Source: Balanoglossus misakiensis
Lineage: Eukaryota > Animalia > Hemichordata
Reading direction: 5' to 3'
Assembly (NCBI GenBank): GCA_040954595.2
Contig: CM082578.2
Location: 12,400,520-12,464,519, forward strand
DNA: 64,000 nucleotides
In this document: positions 52,509-64,000 of the stretch, in pieces
Position numbering within the stretch: position 1 is the stretch's first letter
Layout: each line of letters opens with the position of its first letter
Program-made: the position numbers and the translations under genes
Notes under the pieces: generated by a model
Told to the model about the DNA's origin: nothing
Seen by the model: the letters and a program-made list of their open reading frames with translations, nothing else
The model's database searches: none

Positions 52509-55500
52509 GGACGGCTGCGCGTGCGAGTTCTCTGCAGTTGTCTCGTTCTGCACGGGGTTGGAACTAACAAAATGCACCGAAGAATTCCAACCATGGCATG
52601 TTTACTTAAAACTTGGAACACGTTATCACAGCAGTTTGTCCATGCGTAAATTTGGACAGTGCTATTAAAACTCGATGGCATTTGAAACTATTAATTCCGA
52701 CACTAAGGCGGCGCGTAAGTTATGAATAAAATAGTGATGTCTCCTCTAACTCGGCGCCCATTCATCATAATTTACTTTATAAATGGTTTCGGCTGTAAAA
52801 GTGCAGTTGATAAGTCCTCGGGGAAGACAGTTAGCACATACTGATATTGCCCTATTACACTGTTTGATATTCAGCGATAAAAGATCTCGAAAACGCAGTT
52901 GATGCTGTTCAGTCGCCTGGAGTAGAAACGGAATTAAAATTACGGCAGCCAAGCGAAAAAGAGACACAAAGTTTTTTTTTTTTGCACGGAATTAATTTAA
53001 CGCGCAGTACATGTACGGATCTGGAAAACAACTACGTTTAAATTACGATAGCGTGTTACAATTCTCGGTTTTACTACTCTCGTCTCACTTGAAGTTTCTC
53101 AAACGAAATGCGATTTTCAGGAATCGCAGTCGTGAAACACGTTTTATGTCTGAGCTGGAAGGGGTTCATTTTCAAAGCACCGTTTTCCCCAGTCTTGTAA
53201 ACATTATAAAAGTTTCCATCGTGGCCTGCTCTGTCCGAACTGTTCCGGGTGTAGCAATAAAAAATGGGCCGTTTGCAGACGACAATATTGCATTCTTACT
53301 GGCAGGTTCCGGCGCCAAATCGCTGAACGACGGTACATCATGAAACGTTGCCAATACATACCGCCACTGCACCGGCGGCGCAATTACTCCACCATCGATT
53401 GTCTGTCTACAGCGAAAGTATCGCTGCTATGGCAACATTGGTGTGCCATTTTTCAAAATTCTAATAACAATTTACTATGATTCCACCATCAATGATAAAT
53501 GATCTACAGAAATTAATAGGATAAGTGATACAATTCTTTTACGTTTTGAACAGTTTGGATTTCTAATGAAAACCGCTGTCAGATCATTTCAACTTTTCTT
53601 CTTTTTTTTCAACTGTTATCGTGGCTTATATTTCAGGCAACAGTTGTTGAGAAAGTGACACGGGGATTGTGTGGAAGGTCACGTGATGAACATTACGCTC
53701 TGTCGATAAGACAAAAGTAATTGGCATTATTAGGAGTGGTGATACCGTTCCATGACATCAAACTCGATTAATGCGTCTGGCAGATCGAGTTTAACGAAGG
53801 GATCAGAATTCCCTACAGTTCTGCAATCAAGAGCGCGCGCGTTCACCTTGACAACCAGAACGCCGACCTCCGCGGTATGCACCTCTTTGCGAGTTGGAAA
53901 TTATTTGCAATGAAGTTCATTAGGAGGAGACTGGAAATCACGAATTCGTGTACACGTGACACGTAATGACGAAGATTGACAGGAGAGAATGGCCCCGAGT
54001 CAAGTGGAATTCGATGTTCTTCGCGTTTTACTCTCTATCGCTTCAGATGTAACCTCCTGGGGATGACGGAATCCGAAAGTGAAATACAAAAAAAAGTATG
54101 CCGTGGACATGTTCATTGCACCTCGTCGAAATGAACACGCGTCAACGTCACACACACGTTTATTAAAATGCAGTAAAATTATGACTTGGAAGTGATATGC
54201 TTGTGTAAGCTCTACACCGAGTGCCGCTGTAGAATTCTGGAATTCCTCCTCGTTAAACGTTCATCTCGCATACCTCTGCTTTACACCGCTAGTCTCCTGT
54301 AATAAATTGCCTCCTGTGCAAGACAATTTAGTAAAGTAAGAATCTCCCGCGGCTATTAGATTGGGCGTGAAAGGTCTCCCAGTTTTGCTTCCCTGACTCG
54401 ACAACGATTTGCGAATTAAGATGTAAATGAATCCAGCGTGGACTATATGAAGGAACGAGCCATGCGACCTTGTTTACGGTCAGATGAATCTTTATCAAAA
54501 ACTTGGAAGGTCGATATACCCTGAATAGAGCGAGCGCCGTGTATCTTTGGCCTCAGATGCTGACGCTCATAGTCCCTCTGTGTATACGTTAAAGCCTACG
54601 TCTTGCCACTTCAGAGTTTTTATCTTGTTGTCACATATATTTGAGTACGTGCAGTTTGCAAACATTTGTGACTCACTCACTACCTCTCTCTGTCTTTGTC
54701 TCGCTGTCTGCCCCCCCCCCCTTCTGCAATCACGAAAACAAATCGATTCTACCCCCACGGTGCAATATTGTAAGTTAGTCAACAGATAACTTGGGAGAAC
54801 GACAACCTTCGATATTTCTACTTTATGGCGGTGTTAAAGTTCAGCCAACGCCAAACGTAACCCCCAAAAAATCGCTAGAACCCCAATGGCAAGCTTTCAT
54901 TGGCGGCAGAGATGTGATACTTTTTGTCTCTGATAACGATTATCGGATCTTCCCGATCACGTGATATAACTACACTTATTTGGTGATTCGTATGGATCAG
55001 ACACAACGATTTTACCGATCGGGTTCGAACTTTCATCCATAATGTATCTACGGCATCTCCCAGGTTGTAGAAGTTGGACACCAACATGCAACATCATAAG
55101 ACGTGGTAAAGTTTTCGTCTCGCGAGTTATCATGGCGGTTGGTGTCAAAATCAGGTGTTCAACTTGAGACGTGCGGAAACACCAACATTTCTAAACTAAC
55201 TAACGATGGGTCTACCGCCCTCCTACTGACATTTTCTGGTGGTCAAGTGTCTTCATGGCTGTTTTATAAGCCTTCCCTAATTGTTAATTTTGAATGCCAG
55301 GTATAGGCATGTAAACATATTGAAAACGAAAATATGCCTATGATACAAAACCGCCAGTCTGATCATGTCGGTAGGAGGGTTGTGGACCCATAACTCCAAA
55401 GTGGTAACTTCAGTCAATGCAAAATGGCATAACTCATGCTATAGTATAATGGTGCAGCTTGCAAGACTGTCAGCTTCGAATGATGATCGCAAACAGATGC

Positions 55501-58500
55501 TTTTACTTACGCTTTAATAACAGAATCTATCCAGCACGTGCCTCTGAGAAATATTTTGCATGTAGCACTTGCCACTCTCAACCCCGGACCTCCGATGCGT
55601 GGCTTCGACCGACGATTAAGAGATCAACGTTGTGGAAACTCATTTCCCGTGAGATTTGACACTTCAATTTCTCCACTAAGGAACGTTAATTCAACACTCG
55701 CGATGAATTTAATATTTTTCTGATTTCATTATTCAGCTGACCCTATGGGGGAAGATTGGTTCCACCTGTACATATGGGTTCGTTGGCGAGAGCGCATGCG
55801 CACTTTTAAGTCACCTTTGCTCAGATTGGGCATGTTGCATAATTTGATACTGTACAGACACGTCTTTACGACGGCGACACTCTCTTTATGCGTTTTATGG
55901 CTTAAAAATATCAAATTTCGCCTTTTCAGCGAATTTACCACAGGCGACCAAAGACCAGATGCTCGGTTTTGCGAAAATATATGGTTTGTAGGAATCCATA
56001 TTATGGCTTTGAGGAGAAGTACGGCATTGAAAAATACCGCACTGGTGACTCTTGACTATTTGCTATTTCGGTATTCATGGGAATCGTTCAGCCAAAACTT
56101 CCCGAAATCAAACCTTAGACCGACGGTATTCGTCTAGCAGACTAAGGTATTTCTTGCGCCTTGAAACCCCTTTCTTATAGCAATCCACAAATATGTGACG
56201 CTTTCGGATTTTACTTAATACGTATACATGTAGTGGGTACATCACCCATTCCGTTGCACCATCGTCGAGTACCGTAATTTAATTTCAGGAGATTTCATGA
56301 ATATGGCTTCCGTAATATCAGAGAATATTCGTCACCATTTACACCCACGTTTATAGCTGCTCGTTCCAACCGACTTTGAAGAAAAAAACACACTTCGGGG
56401 TGGAATACAAACTCACCGTGCTAAATCGAGATGAATTCGCGATTAACTTTTGACCCCGACTGTCGATTATTGGTCGTTAGGTCACGGAGTGCGATAATTT
56501 GCTCGGGCCTTGATCGGCAATTAGCATTGCATTTACAGTGACAATCTTCCCATTTTTGCTCAATTGACTTCAGTCGCTGTAAGACGACGATCAGAATATA
56601 ACACCTCGTTTATTGATTAGAGTTACGATCCTATTACGTCTGACCCCATCTCTTAAGTAAGAAATGGAAGTCGGAAATGCAATAAACTATACTAGACAAT
56701 AATATGTTTGAATGTCTGTTTTGACTCGGTAGGCTTTCTTTGTACAGAGACGGTATTAGGGTTTGCCGAGGGAAATGCAACGTAGCTAAGCCCGTTAAGT
56801 CTGTTATCTCCCCTGTGGACCCTCCGTAGCGATAGCATCACTTGGGGCGAATTCACTGCAGACGACCAAATGTCATGACTGAAATCACGATAAAGTTGAC
56901 GAAACAGTGTGAAGTAAGGAGAAGGTGCCGATGCATGGCGGGATAGCCCGCCTTCACGGTAAGGGCAGCACGGGGCCTTGGGTCGGTTTGGGGCTCGAGC
57001 TACCTACATGCTTCGAAATTTATGCAAACACCCGACACACTTTCTGCCGTTCACTTTGTCGTGATAAATTCTGAGTCTAGTGTCGAGATGAGCAGTGGGG
57101 GTCTCATGGTTCAGGGATGTTGCTAATTGTTATACATGAACTCCTGTTCTCTTTTACTCCATTAATTATCAATTAACTGATTAATAGTAGATTAACTAAT
57201 GTAAAGCGGAAATTATTGTAACGCTGTAACCGTGAAAGCGTGATATATGATAACCTATTCACAGACCTTAACTTTCAGCCTGTGAAATTTTTAAATAAGC
57301 AAGAATTTGGGTCTAACGCTAAATGGTTTTATCTCACCACGTCACTTCGAAAAACTTTCGTCGCTCACCTCCGAAATGAGTCTTCATGCATCACGGATCT
57401 TACACGCCACATGACAGAAATTCTCCGCGTGAAAGTTTCACGCAGTTGTCACAGGGTCACAGGGAAGCGAGGAATTTCTTTTGCATTATGTAATCTCGAC
57501 AGTGCTCGATTGTGCAGGTTGTCACCAGCACTGGACACCTATTCACGGCAGCAAGTGAGTGACGAGACCGCAAAGGGTCTCCGCCGATGCGCATTCACCC
57601 CGAATCCCGCCCGGTGCCAAGAGCCAGCCGTGTCATAAATAGATTCCCCGTCAAGGCTGATCAAGGCGAATGACGACAAGGGGCGAGCGTTCTGTCACTA
57701 TCACATGCGTCGGGGGCTATTAACTAATTGCGGAGAAATCGACTTCCCTCGATCTCGGCACAAGTGCTCTTTTGGAAAAGTGTGCCACCAATTTCCTCGT
57801 TGCATGCCACTCCTGTCCATCACAGTCGCTCCGGCGCATTCACGAGAGAAAAAAAGTCGAAATTGGCTGGCGATGTTTAATGTCAATTATTCCCATATTG
57901 CGAGCGACCGTCTATCCTCCGTGACGCCGTAGTTCCAGATCGCCCAAACAAAAAAAATCTCCTGCGCATTCCACGGCAGCACAAAGGCGAGACGATAACT
58001 TTCCTCTCGCTCATTTTGCTGATAAAGCTAGATAAGATTTTTTTTTCATTCAAAAATCAATAGCACGGTACAATTACGCGCGAAGCAATATCGTCTGCTT
58101 TAATTTGGTTCCGCTGGATTCATCCCTCAGGTGGCGATCAATGGGCGAATTACCGATACTACAATCTTTGAGAGGTCATTTTTATGCGTAAATAATGAGA
58201 GAAGCATACTCGCCAGGCCCAGTGAAATTCTCTGTGTTTGCACTGCCACTATACACGGCAGCATGTTAAATTCTCACCTAATGCATAATGTATTAGCGCG
58301 AGAGGGACATTCAACCGATGTAGTGTGCGCGTCGACTCTTCCACTTGCCTCTGTGACGAACAGCCGCAGCACAGTTGTGAGAGAGCGAGCGCGCTTTCCT
58401 TCGCAGTTGCCATCACTACCCATTGCAATCACACGAGGCGTTTAATTCAAGAGCGCTACTCGAGGCTGGCGTATCTCTGACCAAGCCGCTCTGAGTGAGT

Positions 58501-58894
58501 TACATTACGATACGGGCAATTCCTTGGGCGTGACATTGCTCGGGGATTGGCACGCGGGCTCCGGCGAAGACAATTAATGTTGATGATATGGTGGAGTGAC
58601 GTACCGGGATTGGATCCATAACACTGTGTTCAACACAAGGAAGTGTGTGCAATCGATGTTTGTGAGAGCCACGATGGACTGATCGTGGGGGAATGCAAGG
58701 CCTCTTCAGCGGGATTAGCCAAACGGTTCGAATAGATTTGTTTGTCATCTCGGAGTCGGAAGAATCTAATGAGTGCCATCACCGCTATACTAAAACAAAT
58801 ATCCACGACGTCTAACATTATCTGGTGCTGAAAAGTTTCGGGAGAAAAAAACTTGTGTGTCAAATACTATCGTAGAATGTTCATACACGGGGTG

Positions 58895-58994
58895 TTATTG
58901 TCCACCTTTCTCAGACTGAAGCACGACTTCAAACAACCCATCGACCATTAGCCACAAACACGATTCTCTGAAATACTGCAACGGGACGTCTACC
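58895..58994 (+). other. Probable splice acceptor and short 5' UTR of gene 2's first coding exon
   Basis: ttattgtccacctttctcAG ending at 58914, 80 nt upstream of the ATG. Confidence 0.4.
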
Positions 58995-59549
58995 ATGTCT
59001 GCGAATTCGGCGATCAACACACCCCAGCGTCACCACCCCAACCACCACCACCGGAGCGGATGCCTCCACTTCGAGCATCACCATCGATTTAAGGTTTCCG
59101 TTCTGATTCTCTTCATGAACTGCGGCCAGTGGAGTCTGGCGGGAGACACGGACTCCGTGCGAGTGCCCGGCGACGTCATACTCGGCGGGCTGTTCCCGGT
59201 GCACAGCGCCGGCATCGGGACTCCGTGCGGCTACATCAAGGAGGGCCAGGGAATACAGCGGCTGGAGGCCATGCTGTACGCCATAGACATGATCAACTCG
59301 GACCAGCACCTCCTGCCGAACATCACCCTCGGAGCCCACATCCTCGACACGTGCTCCAGGGACACCTTCGCCTTGCAGCAGGCCATGCAATTTGTCGGAC
59401 CCAAAATGGGCCACGTCGACTTGGAGAACGTCCAGTGTCCGAACGGCAGCGAGCCCATATACAGCTCTCCGCAGCCGGTGGCTGGAGTGGCCGGGGCGTC
59501 TCTGAGCTCGGTCTCCGTCATGATTGCAAATATACTGGGTTTATTCCAG
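58995..59549 (+). CDS. GRM4/6/7/8: Second metabotropic glutamate receptor, group III-like (mGluR4/6/7/8 type), first coding exon; gene continues past the window end
   Basis: [86 protein letters not shown] resemble group III N-termini. Donor CAG|GTAGGT at 59550 (phase 0 after LFQ). No IPQISY exon is seen in 59550-64000. Confidence 0.9.
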
Positions 59550-62040
59550 GTAGGTTATTCTAATAATAAGCGTTATTGACATAAGCCTTTGATTTTTTTC
59601 TCTCTCTCTCGCTCCTAAAACACGATCAGCTTACAGCGAAATCGAGGTCCGTCAAGTGTTTTCATAGCCTTTAAAACTAACAGCGAGAGTACATAGGATC
59701 AATTATCTGGGCGGGATAGTGTCCTTAATGTCAGTTTTGCTAAGTGCTCCCTGCTAGTGCAAACGAATAATAACGACGACTTGTGCAAGATCGTATACAG
59801 ACTGATCTATTTCTGTCTGACAACACATTTAAGCGGGAACATCACTGCACCCATGCACCCGCAATGCTCAATGTTAAAACAGCGCCGTCGTCAAGTGTAT
59901 AGACAGAAAACCATTGCGAAGCTAACATGTCAGATACTTGCTGTTTCGCAATTCGCGTGAATTGATTGCTGCACAATTATTTCACACTGTGGCGGTTTTC
60001 CAGGAACAAGGTGTCACAATTCCCAAAAGATGGTCCAAGTTAAAAACACATTTACGTTACTTTGTCGGACATGTGCGAATATATATTTTCGTATGTCGAC
60101 GCGATGACGTCAAATTAACTCTCGGGCTTATATTTCACCACGGGTTAACTCAACTAAAGACCAATTCATTACAGCCTCGTTATTTAATATATTTCTGTGA
60201 AAAAAATTGCAAGTTTAAACATATGCTTGTGCGTCCTCGGAGACCGTGGCAGAGGCGACAGGATTCTCCGGCAGATATAGCTTCAAGTCACCTAGGAATA
60301 CCTAGCGCTTTACAATCGACGGACTGACGTTAACACAAATGAGATAGTCAGCCGTGATATGCAGTGATGTCGCAATTGACAGTTGGTCAAAGCAACCGCT
60401 TCAATTTCAACTACGGGGCTTGTGTATCGTCGTATATTTGCCCGAGTCTGATCAAAGGCATCGCCCTGTGCCAATACCCCCATATTCTGATTGAATTTCG
60501 GCGGGAAAATGAATAAAAATGATAGCAACGCATATGAATACAAAGGCTGGGAACGCCCCCATTTTCATCGCCGCCTTGTCCTCCATAATTAAGGCGCATT
60601 CAGTTTGCCTCGATAATCTAAAAGCAATGACAACTAAAATTATGATCATAAAATTGTGGAATGAAGCTGAAAATGAAATCTCAGTTTGAAAATCTTAGCT
60701 GTGTTTTCTGCAAGGTTCTATTGATAAACTGTAACAGGAGAATGGCAAACGCAGGAGGGGTGATATTTCCATCGTCCTTAAAATATAAATTGAAATATTA
60801 TGCTGCTAGGCTAACGAGTGTGATAAAAGAAATTAAAGGTCACTATGCATTCTACATGTGAGACGTGACCGCCAGACGAATTTCTAAAATGTCAATGGCG
60901 CAAATTAAGACAGACGGGCCTAGCAATTTCAACGTGTCGCGTGGTTTTTTATAGGCAAGTCAGACTGTCGTTTCTTTATTAGTGGGCGTGTATTTTGCTC
61001 GTGGGTACCTTTTGAAGTTTGTCGCAAGCGCCAGGGACTAAATGGTGAAATTAAACACGAGATGTTGAACGAGACCGTGTCAAGGACAAAATGAGTCCAA
61101 CTGAAGTAAACTATAACCCATCAGGTGTTACTGTCTTCCAACTTAGGAACGCCCACTCCAAACGTTACTCTGACAACACGTCTTCGTAAAAAAATAACTG
61201 ATGAATATGCTGTCATTCAATGACGTCAATGTACTTGCCTGACCATAAGAAAACACGAGAGACATGCCAACAAGTATTGTATATAGAAGTTATAGAAATG
61301 TCCTCTGAAGCGAGTTCTCCATACATACACATACATACACATATACATGAATATATTTTTTAAAGTCTAAGTCTATATGGCACATGCACTGTGGCCATGT
61401 TAGGCCTGTTGACTCTCCATCAACAACTGACATGCCCCGAAAGATTCGGTTCCCTACCGTACGTCTATTTCATTTCAATAACTCGGGATATTTCTTTCCT
61501 TTGACAAGTAAATGAACAACATTCCAATGGCGCCTGTCACACACTTCGCCTCGGCGTGCCTAGCTTCTTGGTTTTATTAGCGCAGTGCTCGTCTTACACG
61601 GATGCCGTGCCGAGTGTAGCTTACATCACTTAACGCTTCTCTTGGAGCGGTCACGCAGGGCCGGTTGTTGCCGTCAATGCTGCCAAGTCTAAAATTAACC
61701 CTCGGTATTTTCCAGTGTATTGTATTGGATGTTGTTCAGCACGGTGGTGTGTTCACCAAATCAATCTCGTTGAATGTACACGGTCAGTCATTATTCCCAG
61801 TAATGACGTGCATCGAACCCCCTCTCCCCCAATTAGCCGTATCATCCAGCGCACAATGAGAGCCTCTCTCTTATGTTCGAACGTCAAAAAGCCCGCGCCT
61901 ATCTCATTAGATAAATGCTCTGACTTCGGCTGGAAACATGACGAAGTCTGGAATTTAAAATTCTGATGCGAATGTTTGCGGTGCTTGTGGTAGCTACCGG
62001 TGCACAGTTTTATTGGCAGCAGAGAACACGAAATGTACAG

Positions 62041-62225
62041 TGAATGAATGAATGGATGAATGAATGAATGAATGAATGAATGAATGAATGAATGAATGAA
62101 TGAATGAATGAATGAATGAATGAATGAATGAATGAATGAATGAATGAATGAATGAATGAATGAATGAATGAATGAATGAATGAATGAATTAGTTTGTTGG
62201 TTAGTTGGTTGGTTGGTTGGTTGGT
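62041..62225. repeat. Compound (TGAA)n-(TTGG)n microsatellite in intron 1 of gene 2
   Basis: About 37 TGAA units followed by a degenerate TTGG run. Explains the (HSFI)n ORFs. Confidence 0.98.
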
Positions 62226-63271
62226 CGATCGGCATATTTTTATTTCAAACATTATCTCCGTACATGTACTGGTATCTCGATCACCATGGCTCCGAGGCCT
62301 TCTCTCTGTGGGCGACCAACTTTGAGAATTCAACCCAATACATGTACACACATACACTGACCAAACGCTAAGAAACCGAGGCACGTTTGAACATATCCCT
62401 GGGAGCAAGTAAGCGTTTTACATCGCTGTCAAATTAGACGCTCGAGATTGCCCGCGGATCAAGAACACAAAAAAAGATCGGTTCTTGAGAGCCAAGGCAC
62501 GGAGTTCAACTGAGAGGAATTTCGAAGGGATGATTAACGAAGCAAAATGCAAGTACTTTTCTTCTGAAGGGACTTTTTTGTGAAGTTGATAAGAATTACA
62601 GTTAGTGACTTTATTTGGTGTGGTACAGTGCAGCCGAAATCCTTATTCACGATTTGCTTTTTTTGTATAAGTTGCCGCGATCAATAATACTGAGGGGCTT
62701 TAGCATCTAAGCTAAAAGGTGCGTGAGGAACACAATGAAGCCGTTAAAGGAACTTGTCACGCTTGTAACGAAGTTACTCGGCTGATAGGTCGGGCTTGCT
62801 AAACGCATTTCAGTCAAATAACACCGGGCAATGCTCACCGCTACGCCGGCGTTGCATTTCTCGACTTCTCCCCGTTTTTTTCCCGTGTTATGAAACACTA
62901 ATCAAGGGAACACTTGAAAGCCGGGGATGCGTGTAATGCGATAAAACTCCGCTCTCGGTTAAGTATTTTAATTGAAAGATAACAAACGAAGTGTGACGCA
63001 TTTATACGGCGCTGGACCGTGTTGGTCGAAAGTGTGCCCGCCGTCTAGTCGTGTCATTGGGGCGAAAATTAAATCCGCCATTAATGGCTTCATTTCCCGA
63101 TACAGATGTTGCAATATTCTATGTCCAACCACTATCGAGGTCGCCGTCGACGGTTACGGGTAATTGGATACACCTCGGTTGTTTCGACTGCTCTAAACAG
63201 GATTATATATCAGAGAGATATTTTTCTTCTCTTTATTGAAACTCTAGATCAATCGATTAAGAAAAGCAAGA

Positions 63272-63295
63272 CTCTCCCTCTCTCTACCTCTCTCT

Positions 63296-63328
<33 letters not shown>

Positions 63329-63329
63329 C
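63272..63329. repeat. (CT)n / C-rich pyrimidine tract
   Basis: Seen directly. Confidence 0.9.
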
Positions 63330-64000
63330 ATCCACGTTTCAAACACTAAATGACTCAATATGGGTAAGCCGAACTGATTGACAGATACTCAATAAAACCA
63401 TACGAGGTATTTCCAATCACAGAGATGTTCGGCAGTTTAAAAAGCTTCTCATATATGACCCCGATTAACCCCGCGACCAGTCAGGTGATCCCCGCAGTAT
63501 ACGACGGAGTCATCCCGCCACTCAACCCGAACGACCCAAACATGAGCATATACCCGTTCAATGATCTGTTGGTAACCCGCATCGAGATATGACGTCAGCG
63601 TCGCTTTGCAATAATACTAGTAAATCATTTTCATGTATGTATTTTCAATCATTGCGACTGACCGGCCGCATGCCCGCAGAGCGCTGCACAAGTGCTTTAA
63701 CTAGGCGCACAGAAAGACGAGTCCCTGCGTCTTGGACTTGGTACGCAGCTAATCATGCGCGCATAACGTCTTTCTTAATAATCTCGTGGGGAGGGACGCT
63801 ACATATAGACACAGACTTTGTCTGTGATATAGATGACACGCTTATGCGAGATTGAACCCGGCAGGAGATTCCTCCTACATTTGTAACGTTTTGCTTTTTT
63901 CACTTATTTGTATATTTCACTTTCTTTTTTCATCCAACGTCAATCACTGAATGATTTTTGTAGAATTTTGCATTGTGCAGAAATCGCGTGTTTATTTCTT

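Noticed and set aside
56937-56954. GC hairpin GGCGGG-ATAG-CCCGCC
   Set aside because: A 6-bp stem is expected by chance in 64 kb, and no larger structure is evident.
58929-59563. Overlapping ORFs on gene 2's exon, and the read-through end VGYSNNKRY* as a short secreted protein
   Set aside because: Shadow ORFs. The mGluR similarity stops exactly at a good CAG|GTAGGT donor, so the tail is intron.
55021-63865. B-box-like strings (GGTTCGAA at ~55022 and ~58725; reverse GGTTCAATC at ~63851)
   Set aside because: No cloverleaf or properly spaced A-box, so no tRNA or SINE is called.

Overview
Animal (invertebrate-type, CpG not depleted) genomic DNA, mostly non-coding. The core is a head-to-tail pair of class C GPCR genes on the + strand. 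Gene 1 is a complete group II metabotropic glutamate receptor (GRM2/3-like): CDS join(36994..38383,40488..41563,41732..41906,42303..42382), 906 aa, ending in the PDZ ligand -TSL. About 16.6 kb downstream lies the first coding exon (58995..59549) of a group III-like receptor (GRM4/6/7/8-like) that continues beyond the window. The first 36 kb has no credible host protein-coding gene and is probably upstream or 5'-intronic regulatory DNA of gene 1. Mobile DNA found by eye: the 3' end of a Copia element (RNase H, PPT, 261-bp LTR), a 691-bp solo LTR with a CCTCC target-site duplication plus a 101-bp fragment of the same LTR 30 kb upstream, and two Tourist/PIF-like MITEs with TTA TSDs. Several long microsatellites are also present. 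The most notable observations are the tandem group II + group III arrangement, altered ligand-pocket residues in gene 2, possible alternative C-tails in gene 1, a sharp GC3 mosaic within exons, and an excess of TACATGTA, the classic Tc1/mariner excision footprint. I see no evidence of a wholly new system. Comparisons with vertebrate genes are from memory and need checking.
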